A stretch of DNA of 64,000 nt, taken from a virus. Lineage: Duplodnaviria; Heunggongvirae; Uroviricota; Caudoviricetes. Every line of letters begins with the position of its first letter. Position 1 is the first letter of the stretch. The stretch lies in IMG/VR virus record IMGVR_UViG_3300031419_000007, one strand, 5' to 3'. Below are positions 16,784 to 25,363 of the stretch, in pieces. Under the pieces are notes generated by a model, which saw only the letters and a program-made list of their open reading frames with translations, was not told the DNA's origin and did no database searches. Both the position numbers and the translations under genes were made by a program.

Positions 16784-17646
16784 CCGCTGCCCCCACCACT
16801 ATAACTCCCGTTGTCACTGCCATAGGACGGCGAAGGATCATAGCTCGGAGAATGGTGGTGTGATGGAGACTCATAACTCGGAGTAGAGTGACGTGGTGCA
16901 TCACAAGTTGACGTATCCACCGAACGGGACGGCTCACTCAGCACGGAGTTCATGATCAGCATCTGGGCCATCATGGCATCGCTCTGAGAGGAACGTGATC
17001 CACGGTGGCCCTGATGGTGAGCACGGGTTCCCGGGCTGTGTGGACGCTGAGCCTTCTGGGCCCGAGCAATCAGCCGCTCAGTCTCCGCTTGGTTGTGGTA
17101 GGTGGAACCGTCTTGCATGATCCGACCAGGCTCTACCGGGAGATCCGGTGCCACGAACAAGTCCGCCCGGGTTAAGGGTTGTTCCGGTGGCAGGCTCGAC
17201 CGTACGATCTTAGACCTCAGCGGTTTCATGGGTTCACGGACTTCCGGTTTCTCAATCGACATGTTCACCGCCGCCCGCACGTCACGTTCAGTAACCGGCG
17301 TCAGGGATGCCGCGTAGCCCACCAGTACCGAAGCCGGTCCCCAGTAAGTCTTGCGGAACCAGCCTTTCTGGAGGATACCTGGGCCCGGACCGCGTGCTTT
17401 ACGGAACAGGCCGTGTTTACGAACAGGAATCCCGACCCGGTCCAGGGCCCAGTGCTGCGGCGCTGCCCGGTCGTTACGCATGTCCATCACATTGTACAGA
17501 TCGCTCAGACAATAGAGTGGACCATCCACACGGATCGAGCAGAAGTCATTAATCTTCAGTTTCTTCATCATCGTTTTCCTCAGTTTCCTTGCCAGCTTTT
17601 TCCGCTGCCACCAGTGCCTTAATCTTGTCTGCATCGAGTGTTTCAT
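16774..17646 (-). CDS. KilA-N-like DNA-binding protein with a Ser/His/Pro-rich tail; start probably 17571
   Basis: IRVDGPLYCLSDLY...APQHW...TYWGPASVLVGYAASL matches the KilA-N pattern. Confidence 0.6.
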   Translation of the reverse strand: MKHSMQTRLRHWWQRKKLARKLRKTMMKKLKINDFCSIRVDGPLYCLSDLYNVMDMRNDRAAPQHWALDRVGIPVRKHGLFRKARGPGPGILQKGWFRKTYWGPASVLVGYAASLTPVTERDVRAAVNMSIEKPEVREPMKPLRSKIVRSSLPPEQPLTRADLFVAPDLPVEPGRIMQDGSTYHNQAETERLIARAQKAQRPHSPGTRAHHQGHRGSRSSQSDAMMAQMLIMNSVLSEPSRSVDTSTCDAPRHSTPSYESPSHHHSPSYDPSPSYGSDNGSYSGGGSGCD

Positions 17647-18934
17647 CGAGCAGCTCTTCGTAACCGCCGATGCCCAAGTGCGGCACGTGATCCCACATTG
17701 CGGCCTTCAGACCGTAGTTCCCCTGGATCCCGGAGTTCAGCGAGTGAATCATGTACATCGTGTCGAAGATACGCCCACGGACGCGGACGCCGGTGGTTAC
17801 CGCACAGTACTTGATATCAAACTTCACGTTGTGACCCACTTTCGCACGCTCAGACAGTAACACCGCCTTCACGTACTCCCACGCTTCTTCCGGTTTGAAG
17901 AACCGCTGGTCTTTGTGCCACAGTGGAACGACGATCGCTTGCACCTTCCCGTCCGGACGGCGGTAGCCGAACTGAGACGTCAGGATGCGAGCATCTTCAG
18001 CCCACGGATCCAGGCCGGTCGATTCCAAGTCCCAGGAAATCACCTGGTTTGGCGGCAGCCTGAGGATATCTTCCATGGTATCGCGGACGTGGTCAAGTGT
18101 CGTGCACACAAATACTTGGTCCGCAATGATCCGCTCCAGGTTCTCCCGCAAGCCACCCACGGCAATCTGACCGTCGAGGATGCGGCGAATCTTGGTGAGA
18201 TCGTTGATGATGACACCAGTGTAATCCGACCCGTACATCTGACCAGACGCATTCTGGCGAAGCATGTTGAGCACTTTCGCATGCAGCGTCAGGACGGTAG
18301 GAATAGGCGGCAGACCTTCAAGCTCCGTGTGGTAAAACTCCCCACGGTTCTTGTAGTTCGACTTCTTGGCCAGACCTAAGGCTTTGGTCACTTCGGTCGA
18401 CATCGAGACGATTGCTTTCGGGCGGGTCCGGCGGATTTCTTCCATCAGGTAGACCGAGCACGGTGCCATCTGCGTGTACGTCAGTTTGACCCGGTCTTCA
18501 GCTTCGAGGTTCGGGCACTTGATCAGGTTCAGTACCTTAAAGTGCACGTCCTTACCGAACGCCAACCGGGCCATGGAGGCGATCTGCTGGGCGTGCAGCT
18601 GGTTCACCTGTCCGGCTGTCTTCCACCCGTCGGGACCGGCACGGTGATCCTGAATGATGACCACGTCAGCACGATCAGTGTTCAGGTCAGCAATGAGCGG
18701 CCGCTTCATGGAGCACGGCAGTTTGCACACCTTCTCGCAGTACCGCGGGCGAATTTCCGAGAAGTCTTCTTTGGCCTGAATCGCTTTGGTCACGGCCGTA
18801 GTCATCTTCTCTTGGGCGTACAGTTGGTCGAGATCCATGTCTTGGATCTTGGTGCGTTTCGGTTTGGGTTCGGCCTTGGGTTTGGTGGTCGATGCCCGCA
18901 GCTTTGGCGAGTTTATAGCCATGAATTGCCTCAT
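17549..18934 (-). CDS. Family-A DNA polymerase, N-terminal piece: UDG family-4-like domain plus 3'-5' exonuclease (ExoI and ExoII only)
   Basis: UDG-like (CEKVC...NLIKCP...PCSVYLMEEIRRTRPKAIV...LTLH); ExoI SWDLESTGLD; ExoII GHNVKFD; no ExoIII before the stop. Confidence 0.82.
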   Translation of the reverse strand: MRQFMAINSPKLRASTTKPKAEPKPKRTKIQDMDLDQLYAQEKMTTAVTKAIQAKEDFSEIRPRYCEKVCKLPCSMKRPLIADLNTDRADVVIIQDHRAGPDGWKTAGQVNQLHAQQIASMARLAFGKDVHFKVLNLIKCPNLEAEDRVKLTYTQMAPCSVYLMEEIRRTRPKAIVSMSTEVTKALGLAKKSNYKNRGEFYHTELEGLPPIPTVLTLHAKVLNMLRQNASGQMYGSDYTGVIINDLTKIRRILDGQIAVGGLRENLERIIADQVFVCTTLDHVRDTMEDILRLPPNQVISWDLESTGLDPWAEDARILTSQFGYRRPDGKVQAIVVPLWHKDQRFFKPEEAWEYVKAVLLSERAKVGHNVKFDIKYCAVTTGVRVRGRIFDTMYMIHSLNSGIQGNYGLKAAMWDHVPHLGIGGYEELLDETLDADKIKALVAAEKAGKETEENDDEETED

Positions 18935-19181
18935 CTACAGTGCGTTGAAAGTGAATGGAAATCCACTTCGCGTAAGGCGAAATGAGTTCCAGGCGGACCC
19001 AGATTCTACCATAGTCATCGTCGATCCGCACTTTCTTTGGTTTACGCAGACGGTGGAACCCGCCGGTGAGCAGCCAGCGGGGTGGGCTTTTGTAATCCGG
19101 ACGCTGGGACGCCCGGAACACATCGTGAAGCCTAAACCACTCGCCTTCCTGTCGGATTACGCATCCGTCGATGACGAGCAT
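18687..19181 (-). CDS. KilA-N domain protein
   Basis: IRQEGEWFRLHDVFRAS...SPPRWL...GRIWVRLELISPYAKWIS. Confidence 0.7.
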   Translation of the reverse strand: MLVIDGCVIRQEGEWFRLHDVFRASQRPDYKSPPRWLLTGGFHRLRKPKKVRIDDDYGRIWVRLELISPYAKWISIHFQRTVDEAIHGYKLAKAAGIDHQTQGRTQTETHQDPRHGSRPTVRPREDDYGRDQSDSGQRRLLGNSPAVLREGVQTAVLHEAAAHC

Positions 19182-19693
19182 GGGGTGGGCTCCATGGTTT
19201 TAGCAATCCCTTGTAACGCAGCGATGATCTGCTCAAGGTTTTCTTTACTCGGGAACGCCAGGGTCAGCAGGTCAGGCTCGTCTTCTGAACCGATAGTAAT
19301 GCTGGAGCCTTTGCCGTCGTAGGCACCGAGGAACAGGTCATCGCTACAGTTAACGTATAGGCCGCCATCCATGTACATCATGCCTTTCGGCAGCGTCTGG
19401 TCCGGACCGGAATACGCCAAACCGACTTTCTCCCAGTACTTCAGTCGTCCCTCGCCTTTATCTTCTTGAGCAGCCAAGCGGCGTTCGTTATCAAGAGTAG
19501 AGATGATAGTGTGAGGGGTTTCTGGATCGAGGATTACGCGATGGTTTTCTGTAGCCTGGTAAATCACGCCGATGACTTTCTGATTATGCATCGAGCTCGT
19601 GATGCTCAGTTGGGCAATAGCTTCTTCACGGTTGCCAGAAGCAAGGAATTCGTCCAGAATTTGGCCGAACAGGATCTCTTTCTCAGCTTGCAT
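19157..19693 (-). CDS. Hypothetical protein
   Basis: 178-aa ORF; CTTATACC motif 30 nt upstream (19723..19730). Confidence 0.65.
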   Translation of the reverse strand: MQAEKEILFGQILDEFLASGNREEAIAQLSITSSMHNQKVIGVIYQATENHRVILDPETPHTIISTLDNERRLAAQEDKGEGRLKYWEKVGLAYSGPDQTLPKGMMYMDGGLYVNCSDDLFLGAYDGKGSSITIGSEDEPDLLTLAFPSKENLEQIIAALQGIAKTMEPTPCSSSTDA

Positions 19694-19723
19694 GGTACTT
19701 CTCCATTATGGGGTATGCTTTTC

Positions 19724-20200
19724 TTATACCTCGGCTTCTTCTGCTTGTTTATTCTGCAGAATGAAGGCGCCGCGGATAGATTCCATTGTCTGCATGCATT
19801 GCATCATGACATCATTCGGCGACAGAGGACGTTTATGGCACCGCGAACGGTTGATCACCAGCATGCCGTCTTCGTTAACGGTATATCCCGAGATACGGAA
19901 AGGGATACCGATACGCCAACCCCGGGGGAAGTCAATCGCCCGCGGTTTTCTAAACAGGTTGATTGCACCCTCTGGCATCGGGCGGCGCTCGTGCAGACCA
20001 ACGTCACCCTCGTAGTACCAGGCAATTGGGGTGAAGTGGGCGAAATTCAGACGCTGTCTTTCCCGACGATGACCGGCACGGGAGATTTCCAGTGCGTCGA
20101 TCAGCAGCAGGACTTCCTGGCGGGAAAACGCGTTGTAACCGGCGTCAAGCTGGCGACGAACGGACGCTTCATTACGGGAAATGACTCTGATGTCATTCAT
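19724..20200 (-). CDS. Hypothetical protein
   Basis: 158-aa ORF; N-terminal FSRQEVLLL resembles the repeats of the upstream protein. Confidence 0.6.
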   Translation of the reverse strand: MNDIRVISRNEASVRRQLDAGYNAFSRQEVLLLIDALEISRAGHRRERQRLNFAHFTPIAWYYEGDVGLHERRPMPEGAINLFRKPRAIDFPRGWRIGIPFRISGYTVNEDGMLVINRSRCHKRPLSPNDVMMQCMQTMESIRGAFILQNKQAEEAEV

Positions 20201-21159
20201 TACTTTGTTCCTTCTGGGTGTTGAAGATAAAGGGTGTGGAGGTCACCGAGAGTGGTTTCCAAAACGTGTTGCAGTTCGGCAGCTGTCAGGTTGGAGAACA
20301 TTCTGCCACACCACCAAGTACCATCGGATTTCGTGTGGAAGTTTTCCCCCGCATGGAACTGTTCAGACCCATCTTTAGGTTTGATGACCCAGTCCTTCGG
20401 AATCGTGAAATTATCCGGGCGGGAGAACAAGCCTTCCTGGAAGCTGGCAGGGCTAATAGAGCCGGCTTTGAGCATCGCTTTCTTGGCCGCATCACCGAGG
20501 AAAAAGCCAGTTGCTTGGTCTACCCAGGCTTTCGGGTCAAAGAACGCACGGGCCAGGCGAATCTTCAATGCCTTGGCTGTATGCTGCTGTTCACGGCCCC
20601 AGCGAAGCATCATTCGCATTTCATTAAGGCTGAACACGCGGGGATCTTCCTGCTTCACCAGATCCATTAACTCTTTGATGTTCTTACGTTCTTTACGTAC
20701 ACCCCATGGGTTTCTCTTAGTCACGTGGTTCACCAGCTGGCGAACTTCAACGAAGGAGAAACGGGTGATGTTATCGTCTTCGATGATCTTCAGGATTTCC
20801 TCCGGACTACGGGTCGGGCCTTCGACTGCCAGTTGCTTATTAGCGGTCTTATACTGCTCGAGATCTTTTTGGGTCTCTTCAAGCTTCTGACCAAGTCGGG
20901 CAATTTCTGCGTAGCTAAACAAATGGGTATCTTCACTGGGCGGCTGTCGAACAATGTTGAGAATGTGCTGCACCGAACGGTCACCGTCCGCGGCGTCCAG
21001 AGAGGCCTTGAGAATATTTTCCATAAACTGCAGACGGCGGGCCTTAGCGTCTAAATCTTTTTGAAGCATGTCCAATTGATGAGCCAGCTCGACCATTTCG
21101 TGAGACATGAGGGCACGGCCGATCGCCGCAAGCTCTCTGATTTTTGCTGAAGTAACCAT
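20200..21159 (-). CDS. Hypothetical protein with three internal FSxxE repeats
   Basis: 319 aa; HILNIV..FSYAEIARL / EILKII..FSFVEVRQL / ELMDLV..FSLNEMRMM. Confidence 0.7.
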   Translation of the reverse strand: MVTSAKIRELAAIGRALMSHEMVELAHQLDMLQKDLDAKARRLQFMENILKASLDAADGDRSVQHILNIVRQPPSEDTHLFSYAEIARLGQKLEETQKDLEQYKTANKQLAVEGPTRSPEEILKIIEDDNITRFSFVEVRQLVNHVTKRNPWGVRKERKNIKELMDLVKQEDPRVFSLNEMRMMLRWGREQQHTAKALKIRLARAFFDPKAWVDQATGFFLGDAAKKAMLKAGSISPASFQEGLFSRPDNFTIPKDWVIKPKDGSEQFHAGENFHTKSDGTWWCGRMFSNLTAAELQHVLETTLGDLHTLYLQHPEGTK

Positions 21160-21276
21160 AACATCACCTAAATATGTAGGGCTCCGGACGGAGACCTTTC
21201 GTCACATTTGTTATACCCGGATTTCGACGTTTTGGGGACGTTCCAGTAGGGTTGGCGACAGCTCGGGCTTTCTCGG

Positions 21277-21522
21277 CGTTGATACGTTTGGACGTCCATT
21301 ACGTCCAGAACGACACCCGCTTATAGCCCTGAAGAGTAAGGGTATGGACTCTCTATATATCTTTAAAAAAGCCTTAGTAAGTAGTTTATAGTATAGGGGA
21401 ACAGTTACACTATAGAGTGTGTCAAGGTTCGCGTACCAGACGTATCGGCGTACCAACTCCCCGCAAACCCGCGTGGTGTAAGGCTTTCGCTTGGAACATT
21501 TTGGGAACGTGGGGCGTATCAG
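21277..21522. repeat. Non-coding AT-rich element, copy 1 of a dispersed repeat
   Basis: 67-bp core 21348..21414 matches 58085..58151 at 66/67 positions; flanking CGTA(T/C)C arrays. Confidence 0.9.
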
Positions 21523-21527
21523 ACAAG

Positions 21528-21548
21528 AAAAAGCCCTCCGAAGAGGGC
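21528..21548 (-). terminator. Terminator; also a 21-bp direct repeat with 23475..23495
   Basis: aaaaagccctccgaagagggc. Confidence 0.85.
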
Positions 21549-21556
21549 TCTGGGTT

Positions 21557-23365
21557 TTAGAAGTACGCAACCTTTCGGTCGACACCGTTGATGTTCACGG
21601 TGACGTAGCCGGCAGGGAGTGCGACCAGCGGGGCAGCCGCAACGGCCGTTTGCATGGTCAGGACACCTTGCTCATTCGCACCGATACCGGCCAGGCCGTT
21701 GTGCAGGCTGAAGCGGTTCTGAGGGACAGCAAAGTCACCCCCTTTGGTGAAGCTTGCCAGTAACGCATCCAGATCCGCATCGGCGACCGGGCCGTAGTCC
21801 GAGCTGAAAGCGGTACACTGACCGGCTTCAAAGCGGGTTGGACCAGTGGTGGTCAGGTTGAAGATCACGTCGCCGCAGTTCTTGGCCAGCTTGACCCAGA
21901 CTTTGGCACCGTCACCCCAGACACGTTGGTAGCGAACGTCGACGATGGCATCCATTCCTTCCTGCTGCATGTCCGCGTAGACTTTGCCAGGAGAAGCACA
22001 ACGCTGCAGGTTAATGCGACGTTTACCCACACCGTTCATGGCACACGGTTGTTCCAGTTTGGCGTTTGCCGCCGCACCGTCACGCTTGGACAGGAACTCG
22101 ATTTCCCACACTTGGTTCATTTTCGGGAACGAGAAGTGCCCGACGTAGAACCACTTGTCTTCCGGTGTGGTGTTCGTCAGCTTGTAACCGGTGAAGTAAC
22201 CGGCACGGAAGGACGCGTCGTTCATTTCCACACCGTATGTTTCACGACGGATCCAACCCTTCTCGTAGCCTGACAGCCAGGAACCGGCGACGCGGTTACA
22301 CGTCATGGTGCCCTGACCTTGGAAGTACGCACCGTCGATGACGCAACGGGTGTTGTCCAGGCAAAGCGGGTTGTCTGACGACTCGATCGATAACGCTTCG
22401 ATGACCCACTGACCGTTATCCAGGTTGCCCGGGAAGCGGGTGTGTTCAATCCACACGTTACGAATCAAGCCCTGAGTCAGGCGTGGCATATCCAGCAGGG
22501 CAGGACCGTAGCCGTTTTGGAAGTTAGAGTTCTGCAGACTGATCGCCGTCGAGTGGTTCCATCCACCAGCAGGGTTGTTCGAGTACTTCACTTCGATGAC
22601 AGAGCCGAAGGACTTCGAGCTGTAGATCTGATCCAGCTTGGTATCCAAGGTGTCGATGAACTTCAGGCCGGTACCACCGTTGTTGTCGATACGGACAGCA
22701 AAGATGTTACAGAACTCACCGGTCTGGCAGATGTTCTCGAAGAACGGCTGGTTGTTCGAACGCTGAGCAGGCATGACTGCACCCTTGATGTTGTTCACGT
22801 CAGCGGTACATTGGCCATTCCAGGTGAAGCCTTGCATGATCACGCGGCGAGCGTTGACCTTGAAGACCGTGGCATCAGATTTATCCGAAATGATGCGGAC
22901 ACGAGGACGCCAACCACCCTTCGCACGGACGTCACCGTAGATGGCGAAGACCGGCAGTTCACCTAAGCCGGTGAAATCTAATGGCTTAATGAACGTTTGA
23001 CCGGTTGGGATGCGGACACCCAGTGCGTCGCTGTAACTCTCGTAGTTCTTAGACCACAGGAAGTTACGCATGAACGCATCACTGTCGTCGGTCTTACCGT
23101 CACAGCGGCCACCGAAGTGGAAAAGGTTGATCTGCTCGGGATCGTCGATGATACGCTTCCAGAAGAACTTCTTGCCGGCGTCCAGAGCGACAGTACCACC
23201 GTCGTCTGCAGGCAAGTCTTTGGTCTGCACGAAACCGACGAATAAACCACCACCCCGGAAGGTGCTGTCTCTGTCGTAGTATCGTGTCAGCATGGCGATA
23301 TCGCCAGATTTGGTCGGAGCGGTGGTACGGAGTTGGGCGAAGCTATTGACTTCAATCATTGACAT
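21557..23365 (-). CDS. Tailspike-like exopolysaccharide depolymerase (beta-helix type)
   Basis: VNSFAQLRTTAP...YYDRDSTFRGGG N-terminus, FHFGGRCDGKTDDSDAF pectate-lyase-like start, Asn/Gly-rich beta-helix composition; resembles Erwinia/Pantoea phage EPS depolymerases from memory. Confidence 0.65.
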   Translation of the reverse strand: MSMIEVNSFAQLRTTAPTKSGDIAMLTRYYDRDSTFRGGGLFVGFVQTKDLPADDGGTVALDAGKKFFWKRIIDDPEQINLFHFGGRCDGKTDDSDAFMRNFLWSKNYESYSDALGVRIPTGQTFIKPLDFTGLGELPVFAIYGDVRAKGGWRPRVRIISDKSDATVFKVNARRVIMQGFTWNGQCTADVNNIKGAVMPAQRSNNQPFFENICQTGEFCNIFAVRIDNNGGTGLKFIDTLDTKLDQIYSSKSFGSVIEVKYSNNPAGGWNHSTAISLQNSNFQNGYGPALLDMPRLTQGLIRNVWIEHTRFPGNLDNGQWVIEALSIESSDNPLCLDNTRCVIDGAYFQGQGTMTCNRVAGSWLSGYEKGWIRRETYGVEMNDASFRAGYFTGYKLTNTTPEDKWFYVGHFSFPKMNQVWEIEFLSKRDGAAANAKLEQPCAMNGVGKRRINLQRCASPGKVYADMQQEGMDAIVDVRYQRVWGDGAKVWVKLAKNCGDVIFNLTTTGPTRFEAGQCTAFSSDYGPVADADLDALLASFTKGGDFAVPQNRFSLHNGLAGIGANEQGVLTMQTAVAAAPLVALPAGYVTVNINGVDRKVAYF

Positions 23366-23474
23366 TTCCTCTAATAATAATGGACCTTAAAATCGAAAAA
23401 ACCCTTATAATAAAAGGACTTTCAGGTAGACACCTGTCAATTTTAACGTCAAAAATTTGAGTTAGACGAAATGA

Positions 23475-23495
23475 AAAAAGCCCTCCGAAGAGGGC
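23475..23495 (-). terminator. Terminator; identical 21-mer to 21528..21548
   Basis: aaaaagccctccgaagagggc. Confidence 0.85.
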
Positions 23496-23507
23496 CTGGG
23501 GGTGTTC

Positions 23508-23789
23508 TTAGCGACGAGACAGAGGGACTGCTTCGTAGTACTGCATTACGGTATTGGCAGGAATGTACCCGCGGACCACCGCCAGTTTCAACGCTGCTTC
23601 CGCAGAGTGAGCGTGGACGATTTCGCTAGATGGCTTTTTGCCGTAGCGACCCTTCTTCTGGCTCCCGTCTTTGTTCAGAGGGAGGACAGGACGAACTTCA
23701 TACTGCATGCCGGACTTTTTCATGATAAAAACCTGGTGTGTGGTGGAAGATGGGATCACTATAACGGAGGTATCCCACTCTGTCAACAC
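23508..23789 (-). CDS. Hypothetical protein
   Basis: 93-aa ORF ending at the terminator. Confidence 0.5.
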   Translation of the reverse strand: MLTEWDTSVIVIPSSTTHQVFIMKKSGMQYEVRPVLPLNKDGSQKKGRYGKKPSSEIVHAHSAEAALKLAVVRGYIPANTVMQYYEAVPLSRR

Positions 23790-24419
23790 TTACAGAGAAA
23801 TATCTTTCGAATACACCAAGTTCTGTCCGACACGGTGAATTCTGGCTAAAAAGCCGTTTACGCCGCCCCGATCGATCTGGCGTTCGGTACGAGCCCGTGC
23901 GAGCAATCCCGGGACGCCGACGACTTTGGTGCCGGTTCGCTCCAGATCGGACTGAAGTACAGAGCGCTTATACGGCGTGAAAGCTGCTGAGAGCTTTCCG
24001 TCTTCAACAAGGCGATCGTCGAGGATAACCGTATCACGGTTGCCACGAGCAAGCCTTTTACGTAACGAGTAAAAGATGTGTTCATTTGGATCTCCAAGTT
24101 TGACCTGGGCGCCGTGGGGCTGAACCTGGCCATTGTTAATGAGGTAGATATCCCGTGCGTTGTTATTATCCGGTGCACGCACAGCGATATTATCACCCTT
24201 CGTCAGAATCCTTGCAACCACTCTTTCCGCGTACGGACCGAGGTTCGTCATTTGGTGACGCAGATTGCCGTCTTCACGGTATCCCGCAGTGTCAGGGACA
24301 GAGCCCTTTCCGGCGAGCATCGCTTTGACCGTTTCCAAGCGGGTGCGTGTGTGGTTATTCTCCCAGACGGCCTGAGCGGCTTGGTCCAGGTCGAGATTGT
24401 CAATGTCCGACCAATTCAT
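23790..24419 (-). CDS. Hypothetical protein, possible PD-(D/E)xK-fold nuclease
   Basis: YAERVV...RDIYLI...GAQVK resembles an E..D..QxK variant. Confidence 0.35.
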   Translation of the reverse strand: MNWSDIDNLDLDQAAQAVWENNHTRTRLETVKAMLAGKGSVPDTAGYREDGNLRHQMTNLGPYAERVVARILTKGDNIAVRAPDNNNARDIYLINNGQVQPHGAQVKLGDPNEHIFYSLRKRLARGNRDTVILDDRLVEDGKLSAAFTPYKRSVLQSDLERTGTKVVGVPGLLARARTERQIDRGGVNGFLARIHRVGQNLVYSKDISL

Positions 24420-24498
24420 AGTATCCTCCGGTATCCCTATAGTTTAGCTAAAAAGAAAGGTAGGACCCCCGCGTGGTTGGGGCCCTACCCGCCAGTAA

Positions 24499-24609
24499 TC
24501 ACCGGCTATGTCGTACCATCGAAACTTGTGAATTGTAATCCATCGTGCCAACAGCTACGAAGGATGATGCGAAGAGCAGAGCGATTAGAATAGCTTTTCC
24601 ACGGGTCAT
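24499..24609 (-). CDS. 36-aa peptide with an N-terminal hydrophobic segment (not in the ORF track)
   Basis: MTRGKAILIALLFASSFVAVGTMDYNSQVSMVRHSR; RBS AAGGAG; sits between a promoter motif and a terminator. Confidence 0.55.
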   Translation of the reverse strand: MTRGKAILIALLFASSFVAVGTMDYNSQVSMVRHSR

Positions 24610-24628
24610 AAGAATTTCTCCTTTCCTG

Positions 24629-24648
24629 GTTTACACTCTTCTTATACC
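24629..24648 (-). promoter_or_regulatory. Putative phage promoter GGTATAAG-N4-GTGTAAAC
   Basis: Plus strand gtttacac tctt cttatacc. Confidence 0.7.
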
Positions 24649-24669
24649 GCTCCGCTTCTTCGATATTGA

Positions 24670-24939
24670 CTACGGCCGAGGCAACCGGACTTTCCAGTTG
24701 ATATCGACTTGTAAGTGAGCTTCGTTAACCCAGCTTGCGTAAAAACCTTCGAGTTTCAACGCCTGGATCATCGCTTCACCTTTGTCTTGATCTTCACGGG
24801 ATACTGGAAAATCGTTGATCTCAGCCTTACCCAACCCTGATTCATAACGGATTTGGTCCTGAACCTTGTGAGCAAGGTCGCCGGCCCGGGCCCACTGGAA
24901 GTCCGCCGCCCGCTGTCGGTTCTCTGCTAAGAAATTCAT
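24670..24939 (-). CDS. Hypothetical protein, six-member paralog family (cluster B)
   Basis: IRYESGLG...ALKLEGFYA...VDINW. Confidence 0.65.
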   Translation of the reverse strand: MNFLAENRQRAADFQWARAGDLAHKVQDQIRYESGLGKAEINDFPVSREDQDKGEAMIQALKLEGFYASWVNEAHLQVDINWKVRLPRP

Positions 24940-25187
24940 GACCAGGCTACCGTGGCGTTATGGGTGTACTGGTTGTAATCGGACACTTTAAAACCACGGC
25001 GTTCCAACTTGCAGATTAACGAATGGCGATCATTAGCTGCTTCTGGAAAGCTGATCTCCACTGAGTAGTAACCCTGTTCGGCACGCTCCTTGATTTCTTT
25101 CAGGCTGCCGGCTAACCAACTGGATACGTCGTTTTCGTTGGCCGTGTCGGCGATATTTCGCATGTCTTGGGCTGTTTGTTCGTTCAT
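24936..25187 (-). CDS. Hypothetical protein, six-member paralog family (cluster B)
   Basis: IKERAEQG...KLERRGFKV...ATVAW. Confidence 0.7.
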   Translation of the reverse strand: MNEQTAQDMRNIADTANENDVSSWLAGSLKEIKERAEQGYYSVEISFPEAANDRHSLICKLERRGFKVSDYNQYTHNATVAWS

Positions 25188-25363
25188 GCTGTTTCCTTAC
25201 TTTTTCGTTGAATGATGCGAAGACGCTGCTCGAGCGTCCACGCGTTCAGGCGTTCGGTCAGAACCCCGAGGAGAATCATCTTCTCAACGGGATCCTTCTC
25301 GGCTTCGTACAAGCGGTTGAATTCTTCGCAGAAATCATTCGCTTCTTGTAGGATATCCCTCAT
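25184..25363 (-). CDS. Small hypothetical protein
   Basis: MRDILQEANDF..., 59 aa. Confidence 0.45.
   Translation of the reverse strand: MRDILQEANDFCEEFNRLYEAEKDPVEKMILLGVLTERLNAWTLEQRLRIIQRKSKETA

Noticed and set aside
16780-16900. Resemblance of the tail TPSYESPS..SPSYDPSPSY to the eukaryotic Pol II CTD heptad
   Set aside because: Too short and irregular; low-complexity Ser-rich tails are common in phage proteins
8908-17548. Intron or split intein joining the two polymerase halves
   Set aside because: No intein terminal motifs (N-terminal Cys/Ser block, C-terminal His-Asn) and no group I/II intron or homing-endonuclease/RT gene recognised; the gap is filled with ordinary genes
17549-17646. 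98-nt overlap between the polymerase N-piece and the downstream KilA-N ORF
   Set aside because: A better start (GAGG RBS, ATG near 17571) reduces it to an ordinary short overlap
18687-18934. 248-nt overlap of the KilA-N ORF with the polymerase N-piece as a frameshift fusion
   Set aside because: The KilA-N domain ends before the overlap, the polymerase ORF has its own start, and no slippery site was noticed; most likely a run-on tail
23366-23474. Host sigma70 promoter for the depolymerase (TTGACA and TATTAT/TATAAG on the minus strand)
   Set aside because: Spacing between the boxes is about 22 nt or more, outside the 16-18 nt range
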